Translations under genes and position numbers: made by a program
Source: Candidatus Bilamarchaeaceae archaeon
GTDB lineage: Archaea; Micrarchaeota; Micrarchaeia; Anstonellales; Bilamarchaeaceae
Assembly: GCA_038851325.1 (NCBI GenBank)
Contig: JAWCKZ010000001.1
Coordinates: 111,410 to 175,409, forward strand
Reading direction: 5' to 3'
DNA length: 64,000 nucleotides
Part shown: piece by piece, positions 8,690-16,478 of the stretch
Layout of the letters: every line of letters begins with the position of its first letter
Position numbering within the stretch: position 1 is the stretch's first letter
Notes under the pieces: generated by a model
What the model was told of the DNA's origin: nothing
The model's input: the letters and a program-made list of their open reading frames with translations, nothing else
The model's database searches: none

Positions 8690-9071
8690 GGGCCTGTAGT
8701 CGAATGCTGGAAGGCCGGCATTGGTTAAGACGTTACCCTGACAAGGCTTTTTGTCTTCGGTGTTTCTGAGGGCAAAAACCCTGGAAAAAGCCCTGAGGTT
8801 TCTCCTCTGGGTGTGTTGGGCTTTTTGTCTTCGGTGTTTCTGAGGGCAAAAACCCTGGAAAAAGCCCTGAGGTTTCTCCTCTGGGTGTGTTGGGCTTTTT
8901 GTCTTCGGTGTTTCTGAGGGCAAAAACCCTGGAAACGGCATTTGGCTCCTAAGCAGGTGCTTATGACCTGAGGATTGTCTCAGGAGCTAAATACCGTTTG
9001 GAAAAAGACTTGAGGAAAACTCCTGTCTTCTGTAACGGTAAAGATTCCCGGTTCGATCCCGGGCGGGCCCA
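8690..9071 (+). tRNA. tRNA-Val (anticodon GAC) with two introns. A roughly 17-nt insertion in the D-loop, and an about 292-nt intron at the anticodon loop that contains a 74-bp tandem repeat.
   Basis: Hand-folded. Acceptor GGGCCUG(8690-8696)/CGGGCCC(9064-9070) with discriminator A. D-stem GUCG, D-loop AA[ugcuggaaggccggcau]UGGUUA. Anticodon stem UUACC(8733-8737)/GGUAA(9037-9041), loop CUGACAA. Perfect T-arm CCCGG-UUCGAUC-CCGGG (9047-9063). No encoded CCA. Confidence 0.6.
8745..8937. repeat. 74-bp tandem repeat, about 2.6 copies, beginning exactly at the predicted start of the tRNA-Val anticodon intron
   Basis: Unit GGCTTTTTGTCTTCGGTGTTTCTGAGGGCAAAAACCCTGGAAAAAGCCCTGAGGTTTCTCCTCTGGGTGTGTTG repeated identically at 8745-8818 and 8819-8892. 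Third copy truncated near 8937. Confidence 0.85.
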
Positions 9072-9159
9072 ATCCTTCATTTGTTTGCAGGAGTGGCGGT
9101 TGGTTTGACATGCGCTTGCTGTCAAAGCCCGCCACTGTCGTAATGTATTTTGCTGCAAC

Positions 9160-9278
9160 AATTGTTTTCGCAGGAGTGGCGGAGTGGTCAAACGCGGCAG
9201 ACTCAAGATCTGAATGTTCCTTTCACGATTGTGTGGTGGGAAATCTGTTGGCCAAGCGCCTACACAGGTTCGAATCCT
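9160..9278 (+). tRNA. tRNA-Leu (anticodon CAA) with an intron of about 35 nt at the canonical anticodon-loop position
   Basis: Acceptor GCAGGAG/CUCCUGC with discriminator A. D-arm GCGG-AGUGGUCAAAC-GCGG. Anticodon loop CUCAAGA. Long variable arm UGGCCAAGCGCCU. T-arm ACAGG-UUCGAAU-CCUGU. AUCUG duplicated (9198-9202 and 9234-9238), consistent with an intron between them. Confidence 0.65.
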
Positions 9279-9319
9279 GTCTCCTGCATCTTTTTATTTT
9301 TATTCCTAGATAAGGAGAC

Positions 9320-10249
9320 ATGCACAGAAAAGTAAGGAAGATAATATACGATATCTCCTCCCTAAAAATACAGGGCGCACGAAATGTGGCAAAGACAGCC
9401 GTTCAAGCGCTTGTGCTCCAGGCTATGCACACAAGAGCGAAAAACCCTACTGCACTTTATAAAGAGATAAAGGCATTGCGGGAAATAATCATATCAGCAA
9501 GACCTACAGAACCCATGACCCGCAACATGACAGAGGAAGCGTGCAATTTCCTTTTAAGCGAATCAAAATCCGGTAAAAGCATCGATGAGGTTATAAAAAA
9601 GTTTATAAAGCAAGGAGAAATCGCCATAAAAAAGATGGATGAAGATGTCAAACGACTCTTTCAATATGGTGCACAACTCATCCCGCAAAACGCAGTTGTA
9701 ATAACGCACTGCCATTCCTCAACCGTAACTGGAATTCTCAAAACAGCAGAAAAAATGCGTAAGGAAATACGTGTTATCGCTTGCGAAACAAGGCCAAGAT
9801 ACCAGGGTAGAATAACCGCAACAGAGCTTGCGGAAGCTGATATAGACGTCACCCTTGTAGTGGATGGGGCGATGAATCTTTATATGAAGAAAGCTGACAT
9901 AGTCCTTGTTGGTGCGGACTCTGTTACATCGCGCGGCGACCTCATAAATAAGGTTGGAACAAGCACGCTCGCACACATCGCAAGGATGCATGACGTCTCA
10001 TTTTATTCTGCAGCAGAGCTTTTCAAATACAGCCCTATGACATTTTATGGTGTCTTGGAAAAAATAGAGGAAAGAGACCCAAATGAGATATGGGAAAAAC
10101 CACCTAAAAATGTTAAGATAAGCAATCCAGCGTTTGATGTTACGGCAGCAAAATATGTCAATGGGTATATAACAGAAGTTGGTGTAATACCGCCTCAAAC
10201 CTTCTTCTCGCTTGCTACTCAAAAACTTGGTATAAAAATATATGGATAA
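9320..10249 (+). CDS. ribose-1,5-bisphosphate isomerase (eIF-2B alpha/beta/delta-like, e2B2 family)
   Basis: eIF2B-related fold and conserved C-terminal region (GADSVTSRGDLINKVGTSTLA). Located immediately upstream of AMP phosphorylase, as in the archaeal AMP salvage pathway. Confidence 0.75.
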   Translation: MHRKVRKIIYDISSLKIQGARNVAKTAVQALVLQAMHTRAKNPTALYKEIKALREIIISARPTEPMTRNMTEEACNFLLSESKSGKSIDEVIKKFIKQGEIAIKKMDEDVKRLFQYGAQLIPQNAVVITHCHSSTVTGILKTAEKMRKEIRVIACETRPRYQGRITATELAEADIDVTLVVDGAMNLYMKKADIVLVGADSVTSRGDLINKVGTSTLAHIARMHDVSFYSAAELFKYSPMTFYGVLEKIEERDPNEIWEKPPKNVKISNPAFDVTAAKYVNGYITEVGVIPPQTFFSLATQKLGIKIYG

Positions 10250-10258
10250 GGTGAGCGT

Positions 10259-11869
10259 ATGATAAAGCAGCCTGTAGCTGAAAACCCACATAAAGAAAGC
10301 GCTACTCAGGAGTTTGTTGAAAAAGAGGTAAAGAAGGTAGATGTTTGGCGGTACAAGAAGTACATATGCAAAGTGAAGCCTATTGGGATATACGCAGGCG
10401 GTAAAAACATAATAGTACTTAACACCGATGAGGCTGAGAGCCATGATATATACGCAGGATACAGAACCGAACTAAAAACACCAAAAGCAACAATAATTGG
10501 AATTGTTGATACGAGCGATAAACTCGTAAAACCTGGTGAAGTTGGGATCTATGATGATTTTGCAAAAGAATTCCATCTAAAAGCAGGAGAAGAGGTCGAG
10601 ATCGTTCATATGGATAGGCCTGCTTCTATAGGCTACATAAAAAAGAAGCTCGATAAAGGAACGCTCGAAAGCAACGAAATAAAAACTATTGTAACCGAGA
10701 TAATGGAGAACAAACTTAGTGAGGTTGAAACCTCTGCGTTTATAGCTGCGGCATACATAAATGGGATGGCTGACAGCGAAGTAATCGCATTGACAAATGC
10801 AACTGTAGAATCCGGGGAAACACTAAATCTAGGGAGGGGACCTATACTCGATAAACACTGTATTGGGGGGGTAGCGGGAAATAGAACAACCATGATTGTT
10901 GTTCCAATAATCGCCGCTGCTGGTCTCTATATGCCCAAGACATCCTCACGTGCCATAACAAGCGCAGCTGGCACGGCAGATACAATGGAAGTGTTAGCCA
11001 ACGTCACGTTCAGCATGGATGAGCTAAGAAAGATGGTGCTCAAGACAAAAGGGGCGATAGTGTGGGGAGGAGGAATGAAGCTTGCACCTGTAGATGACAA
11101 ATTAATACGCATAAGGCACCCGTTAAGTCTTGATCCGGAAGGCATGCTTCTTGCGAGTATCCTTGGAAAGAAAAAAAGCGTAGGCGCAGAATACGTAATA
11201 ATAGATATTCCAGTTGGGCGAGGTGTTAAGATACCATACTACGAGAAAGGAAGGGAGCTAGGTGACCATTTTATAAAAATAGGAAAGCAACTTGGAATAA
11301 AGATAGAGGTGCTAATTACAGATGGCGCAGAGCCTATAGGAAACGGTATAGGACCGTCCCTGGAGTGTGTAGATGTTCTCCATGTGCTCAATGGCAAGGG
11401 CCCCGAGGATCTTAGGCACAAGAGCATTCTCATGGCTGGAAAGCTCCTAGAACTTTGTGGTAAGGTTGGGAAAGGCGAAGGATACAGTGCAGCTGAAAAT
11501 CTTATAACAACTGGAAAAGCGCTAAAGAAGTTCCTTGAGATCGTGGAGGAGCAGGGAGGAAATCCAAGGGTCACTGTTGATGATATTCCTATTGGAAAAT
11601 ACGCCTACACTGTTAAATCAAAGGTGAGCGGTTCTATATTCCATATAGACAATCACTCTATTTCAAAGATTGCGCGGATAGCCGGTGCACCGAAATCAAA
11701 AGGTGCTGGTGTACTTCTGCATAAGACAAGAGGGAATAGGGTAGAGGTTGGGGATTCTTTGTTCACGGTTTACGCTGAGAAAGAAACCCTCTTAGATTAC
11801 GCAATAAAAGCACTTGAAAAACTTGAGCCAATAGAGATGAGAAAGATGCTTCTTGGAACCATGGAGTAG
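10259..11869 (+). CDS. AMP phosphorylase (thymidine-phosphorylase family with an N-terminal extension)
   Basis: About 530 aa. Pyrimidine-nucleoside-phosphorylase core (DKHCIGGVAGNRTTMIVVPIIAAAG, SRAITSAAGTADTME) and a C-terminal PYNP domain. Length and N-terminal extension are typical of archaeal AMPpase. Confidence 0.85.
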   Translation: MIKQPVAENPHKESATQEFVEKEVKKVDVWRYKKYICKVKPIGIYAGGKNIIVLNTDEAESHDIYAGYRTELKTPKATIIGIVDTSDKLVKPGEVGIYDDFAKEFHLKAGEEVEIVHMDRPASIGYIKKKLDKGTLESNEIKTIVTEIMENKLSEVETSAFIAAAYINGMADSEVIALTNATVESGETLNLGRGPILDKHCIGGVAGNRTTMIVVPIIAAAGLYMPKTSSRAITSAAGTADTMEVLANVTFSMDELRKMVLKTKGAIVWGGGMKLAPVDDKLIRIRHPLSLDPEGMLLASILGKKKSVGAEYVIIDIPVGRGVKIPYYEKGRELGDHFIKIGKQLGIKIEVLITDGAEPIGNGIGPSLECVDVLHVLNGKGPEDLRHKSILMAGKLLELCGKVGKGEGYSAAENLITTGKALKKFLEIVEEQGGNPRVTVDDIPIGKYAYTVKSKVSGSIFHIDNHSISKIARIAGAPKSKGAGVLLHKTRGNRVEVGDSLFTVYAEKETLLDYAIKALEKLEPIEMRKMLLGTME

Positions 11870-11905
11870 CATTATAAATTCTTTGGCTTATCTCTTACTT
11901 CGCGT

Positions 11906-12070
11906 CCCGCCATAGCTCAAAGCACCTAGCGAGCAATGGTAGAGCGATCGGCTGTAGTTCGGGTACTCCTTTCCGGAGAAAAAGGTCGCTGATACCGATA
12001 GGTTGCTGGTTCAAATGCACACGCGCTACTTCGCATTGGCGTAGATGCAGAATACGTCCGGCTGGCGGGA
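11906..12070 (+). tRNA. tRNA-Tyr (anticodon GUA) with three introns (D-loop, anticodon loop 37/38, T-loop/T-stem junction)
   Basis: Acceptor CCCGCCA(11906-11912)/UGGCGGG(12063-12069) with discriminator A, then a T-tract. D-arm GCUC-AA[~16 nt]UGGUA-GAGC. Anticodon stem AUCGG/CCGAU with loop CUGUAG[~36 nt]A (matches archaeal Tyr loop CUGUAGA). T-arm GCUGG-UUCAAAU-[~41 nt]-CCGGC. Confidence 0.6.
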
Positions 12071-12083
12071 TTTTTTATTTAAT

Positions 12084-13631
12084 TTAATGTCTGAAGTGTC
12101 GCATGCCTGTAAAGACCATCGCTATATTGTGCTCATCGGCTGCCCTTATAACTTCTGCATCATTTACCGAACCACCGGGCTGAATTATCGCAGTAACACC
12201 AAGCTTGGCTGCATAATCTACCCCGTCCCTGAACGGAAAGAATGCATCGCTTGCCATTGCGCACCCTTCAAGGCCCTCTCCAGAATCCTGCGCAACCATG
12301 GCACCAACCCTAGCCGCGTCTATTCTTTTCATCTGCCCTGCCCCAATACCTACAGCCCTGTTCTCTCTCGCATAGACGATGGCATTCGAACGAACATATT
12401 TTACAATCTTCCATGCATACAACATTGATGCCATCTCGCTCTCAGTTGGTTTTCTTCTTGTAACGACCCTTAGTTCCTTGTAGAGCTCCACATCGCTGTC
12501 CTGCACAAGGAAGCCGCCCAGAACTGAGCGGTATCTTCTGTACCTTACTACGCCAGCCTCTATGGGAAGCTCCAGAAGACGGATGTTTGGTTTTTTAGCA
12601 AAAACTTTTTTTGCCTCTTGCGTAAAGGATGGTGCAAGAACTATCTCAACAAACCTGGTGGTTATCTCTGATGCCAACTTACCGTCCACCTCGCGATTTA
12701 CTGCAACTATACCACCAAAAGCAGCCTCCGGATCAACAGCCCTTGCTGTGAGATAAGCATGGTGTATGCCACTGCTTGATGCCACGCCGCATGGATTGTT
12801 ATGCTTTACTATAACTGCAGTTGGCTCTTCAAACTCCTTTATCAAATTATATGCAGAGTTAGCGTCCAGAACATTGTTGAACGAAAGTTGCTTCCCCTGG
12901 AGCTGCTTTGCCCTTAAAAGCGAGGGGTTTTTTTCATGCTCGTCTATATAGAGCGCTGCTGTTTGATGTGGATTTTCTCCGTATCTTAGGCCCTGCTTTT
13001 TCCTAAATGTAAGATTTAGATACTCTGGATATTCAAACTCATTACCAAAAGTTTTTCTGAAATAATTCTCTATAACAACATCATAATGAGCTATGTGCAT
13101 CCACGCTTCTATTGCAAGCTCTCTACGAAAACTTTCGCTTATCTCACCTTTCTCTATTTCAGCCAAAAGCTGTTCGTATCTTTCTGGATTACAAACCACT
13201 GCCACCTGTCTAAAATTTTTTGCAGCAGCGCGAATAAGGGTTGGACCACCGATATCTATATTCTCTATAATCTCCTCAAATGAGCGACCGCTAAGGACAG
13301 TCTGCTCAAACGGATATAGATTTACTGCAACCACATCGATGGGGACTATCCCGGCTCTTCTTGCTTCCTCCGCATGCATCTCGTTCGTTCTATCCATGAG
13401 TATTCCACCATGGATTTTTGGATGGAGCGTCTTCACCCTGCCATCCATCATCTCTGGAGATCCTGTGAACTGCGATAATTCTATAGCATCTATGCCATTT
13501 TTCCTAAGCGTCCTAGCAGTACCGCCGCTTGATATAATCTTAAAACCAGCGCTGTGGAGCCCTCTGGCAAACTCGACTATTCCTTTTTTTTCAAAAACAC
13601 TGAGTAAGGCGTACCTATCGCTATCACTCAT
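12084..13631 (-). CDS. purH: bifunctional AICAR formyltransferase / IMP cyclohydrolase
   Basis: MGS-like N-terminal domain and AICARFT C-terminal domain, 515 aa. Conserved VVAVNLYPF and GGTxxT motifs. Confidence 0.9.
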   Translation of the reverse strand: MSDSDRYALLSVFEKKGIVEFARGLHSAGFKIISSGGTARTLRKNGIDAIELSQFTGSPEMMDGRVKTLHPKIHGGILMDRTNEMHAEEARRAGIVPIDVVAVNLYPFEQTVLSGRSFEEIIENIDIGGPTLIRAAAKNFRQVAVVCNPERYEQLLAEIEKGEISESFRRELAIEAWMHIAHYDVVIENYFRKTFGNEFEYPEYLNLTFRKKQGLRYGENPHQTAALYIDEHEKNPSLLRAKQLQGKQLSFNNVLDANSAYNLIKEFEEPTAVIVKHNNPCGVASSSGIHHAYLTARAVDPEAAFGGIVAVNREVDGKLASEITTRFVEIVLAPSFTQEAKKVFAKKPNIRLLELPIEAGVVRYRRYRSVLGGFLVQDSDVELYKELRVVTRRKPTESEMASMLYAWKIVKYVRSNAIVYARENRAVGIGAGQMKRIDAARVGAMVAQDSGEGLEGCAMASDAFFPFRDGVDYAAKLGVTAIIQPGGSVNDAEVIRAADEHNIAMVFTGMRHFRH

Positions 13632-13694
13632 TGAGAATACCGTTTATAATTCAACACAGCAAGCGTTTTTAACTCTTGCTTTTCTCATTTTTAT

Positions 13695-14798
13695 ATGGTT
13701 GAAAAAATTAAGCAACAACTTCGAAGTAAACTTGATCAGGATTATGTTATATTGGCGCTGGAAGAAAGAGGCTACTGCGTTTCTCTCCTTAAAAATGGCA
13801 AAACAACAAAAAAAGAATCACGAAATGCAAACGACTTTCTGGAGCTCATCGATTCTTCGGTTGTGAGTTGGGTTGATTTTGTTGTAGATAATTTTAAGAC
13901 TGAAAGTATAGATGTAGCAAAGGCGCTTGGATTTAGCGAGGTGCTCGTAAGGTCTCTTCTTAAGAATAAGCAAGGTGGTTATGAGGATCTGACTACCGAA
14001 ATGGGAGTACTTTTACCAGCGATAATAGTATCTGGCTTCAATGTTAGGTTAGACCCCCTTCTTATTCTAATTAAACAAAACCTTGTAGTAACCATTCACA
14101 GCACAGAGGCAAAAAGATTTTTCAGATTAAGACGGTATGGAGAAATATTCATGAGAAAGATCGAGACAAAGGTGCCACAACAAGATAAGGTAACACAAAT
14201 TCTTATTAGAATACTCGATGAGAACAACAGCAGAAATTTTGACCACCTTAGGGAGATAGAAGAGAACTCAGATAAACTCAGCCAAAAACTTGCTGACCCC
14301 AGGACGTCGCGAGAAATTCTGGGGCCTGAGATATACAACATGAAGCATGCACTCATAACGTACCTCGGTGGCCTTTGGGCAACTGTCGATGTCCTAAACA
14401 CATTACGATACGGAGACCCAGAGGTACTAACCGATGACCCAAAGCTACTTGAAAGGATAGGAGCGCTCGTCACAGAAGTTAATAATCATATAGGAGTCGC
14501 GGAACATCTCAGTGAGGTTTTAGCAAGTGGCCTCGAAGTTCTTCAAAGCATTTACAATAACCAGTTGCAGATACTTAACAACAGACTTGCAATCCTTGTG
14601 GCTTATCTTACAATAATAGGAACAGCTGTCCTGGTGCCAAACACCCTTGCTACTGTACTAAGCAATCCTGCTTATGGGATGGGGCCTGCTGATGCTGGCT
14701 GGTACTCTGCGCTTCTTGTTATTTCCACCATAGTTGCCATAATTGTTGCGTATGTTTGGGTTAAAAAGGCAGGGTGGCTCCCTTCTAGGCTTGAATAA
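13695..14798 (+). CDS. corA: CorA-family divalent cation (Mg2+/Co2+) transporter
   Basis: Large cytoplasmic domain followed by two C-terminal TM helices with a YGMG motif (variant of the CorA YGMN signature) before the final helix. Confidence 0.6.
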   Translation: MVEKIKQQLRSKLDQDYVILALEERGYCVSLLKNGKTTKKESRNANDFLELIDSSVVSWVDFVVDNFKTESIDVAKALGFSEVLVRSLLKNKQGGYEDLTTEMGVLLPAIIVSGFNVRLDPLLILIKQNLVVTIHSTEAKRFFRLRRYGEIFMRKIETKVPQQDKVTQILIRILDENNSRNFDHLREIEENSDKLSQKLADPRTSREILGPEIYNMKHALITYLGGLWATVDVLNTLRYGDPEVLTDDPKLLERIGALVTEVNNHIGVAEHLSEVLASGLEVLQSIYNNQLQILNNRLAILVAYLTIIGTAVLVPNTLATVLSNPAYGMGPADAGWYSALLVISTIVAIIVAYVWVKKAGWLPSRLE

Positions 14799-15103
14799 AC
14801 TCTATCAATGGTGCATGACTGTTTTTGGTTATTTCAGAAAGCTTACTGTACACTACACTCTTGTGTGTACTGTCTACAACCTTTGATGCCTTCATGGAAA
14901 AAGGCGGGAGGCAGTGCCCCTGAAGTTTATTTTTGTATGAAGGAGATAGTGGGCTGGATTCCTTCTGTTTTTTTCGTTTTTGCCCCTTTATGTAGTAGTA
15001 TCCTCTCATAGGGTTTTTCCAATGTATAAATGGTTTTGTTGCGTAACTGAACTTCATACTCCCACGGTTTCGAAAACTCTCTAGGCTTTTAAAAAATTTT
15101 CGC

Positions 15104-16417
15104 TTAATAATTCGGCACTTGCCTAATCTTACAATCTTCTCTTAGTTCTTTCCCCACAGCAAGGAGAAATTCGTTTAGTTTATCAGCAGGGAAAGAAGCG
15201 CCCGCAGCAATTCTATGCCCACCACCGACACCGTGTGCAATCTCAGCTGCCTTTCTCATTATTAATCCTAGATTCACTCCGCGACCGCGCGCTGAGGCTT
15301 TAATGCCACCTTCATCACTGCTGGCGATGCCTACTATCGGCTTTTTCCATCTTTGCTCCAATACCATACCACAGATTGTTCCAATTATGGCTTCGTCTAT
15401 TTTCTTCCTACCATCAAGAAAGAAAAATGCGCCGAAATCTTGGATGTTGCCGCGTGCAAACTCTATTCCCTCCTTGAGCATTCGCCTGTGTAACTGAAGA
15501 AGAGAGCGCGCTCCCTGAAAACAGCCTTCATCCCCCAACGCCACTCTTATCCCGATATCATCCCGCGCGTGTCTTCCACACGCATTGAGAAGGGTAGAGA
15601 ACTCGCTTGCTTCATAAGTCTCGTTCATCTTATTTTTTGGGAACACATAGCTCTCTCCAATAAGTTCATCTAAGGATGCTATCCTCCCCCTCTCAACTAA
15701 AATCTCAGCAAGCGCAGACGCCAGGCGTATTTTTTCTTCTTTTGTCAGGTCGACGTATCTTCGATACTCCTCGCCCTTCTTGATCGGAATGCCAAGTGTA
15801 GTAAGAAGAGCCGCTGCCTTATCTTCTCTGTAGGATATCCCCGGAATGTAAGGCTCATCCGAATATTCTAGAAATTGAATAAGAGGTCTTGAGTACCTAC
15901 CATAAAAGCGCAAGTCGTTCTCTGTTCTTACAAGTCCCTTATTTATACCATCTGCAAGGATCTCTCTATTTTTTCCTCTGAGAGGCCACTGCATGTCCCC
16001 AACAGCGCCAGTGATTGCAAGCTCTACTCGCTCACCAAAGACCAGGTAAGCTGTTCCGGCTGCGCTTAACTCCTCCCCTCCATTAATCCCGTAAAGCATC
16101 GGATTAACCTGTAATTTCTTTATCCCCTCGGTCTGGTGATGGTCTATTATAACCACATCGCAGAGTTCGTTAACACGCTTGTGTCCACCGCCGATGTCAA
16201 CGAAGATAAGTTCCCGTTCGTTCCTATAACGTTCTATGACGGCGTCATCAAGTTTCTTTATGCACTCTCGTCTAAATTTTTTTCCTGCTGCAAGAAATGC
16301 TGACACAACTATCGCTCCGCTTGTAATCCCATCGCAATCATGATGGTGCACAATTAACGGTTCATTGAACGAGAGCGCAACCCTCCTCGCCTCCTCGCAC
16401 GCCTCTTGAAAGTTCAT
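15104..16417 (-). CDS. DHH-family phosphoesterase (RecJ-like / NrnA-like)
   Basis: N-terminal HHHDCDG (DHH motif I), DHHQT-like motif (IIDHHQTEG) and a DHHA1-type C-terminus (GGGHRIAAGASF). Confidence 0.7.
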   Translation of the reverse strand: MNFQEACEEARRVALSFNEPLIVHHHDCDGITSGAIVVSAFLAAGKKFRRECIKKLDDAVIERYRNERELIFVDIGGGHKRVNELCDVVIIDHHQTEGIKKLQVNPMLYGINGGEELSAAGTAYLVFGERVELAITGAVGDMQWPLRGKNREILADGINKGLVRTENDLRFYGRYSRPLIQFLEYSDEPYIPGISYREDKAAALLTTLGIPIKKGEEYRRYVDLTKEEKIRLASALAEILVERGRIASLDELIGESYVFPKNKMNETYEASEFSTLLNACGRHARDDIGIRVALGDEGCFQGARSLLQLHRRMLKEGIEFARGNIQDFGAFFFLDGRKKIDEAIIGTICGMVLEQRWKKPIVGIASSDEGGIKASARGRGVNLGLIMRKAAEIAHGVGGGHRIAAGASFPADKLNEFLLAVGKELREDCKIRQVPNY

Positions 16418-16478
16418 AGTTGGTAAGTAAGAGCTGATGTTTTAAACTCTTATGTTAAGAAAAATCTTAGGTGTGCAT

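Noticed and set aside
8745-8937. Possibility that the 74-bp repeats are a CRISPR array
   Set aside because: Repeat units abut directly with no unique spacers and there are no cas genes in the window. It is a simple tandem repeat.
8678-9206. ORF-track ORFs 8678-8941(-), 8961-9206(-), 9110-9313(+), 9150-9335(+)
   Set aside because: They lie entirely within the tRNA-Val intron/tandem repeat and the tRNA-Leu gene, their composition is repeat-driven, and they have no RBS. Judged spurious.
12045-12428. 127-aa ORF on + strand
   Set aside because: Antisense to, and fully inside, the well-supported purH gene, and it overlaps the tRNA-Tyr 3' end. Spurious.
13093-13866. 257-aa ORF on + strand
   Set aside because: Antisense overlap with purH. 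Low-complexity Ser/Leu-rich translation typical of an antisense frame.
14799-15103. Small ORFs 14785-15057(-) and 14808-15011(+) in the corA/DHH convergent intergenic region
   Set aside because: They overlap each other on opposite strands in a 300-bp terminator region. There are no motifs and no RBS, so they are probably non-coding.
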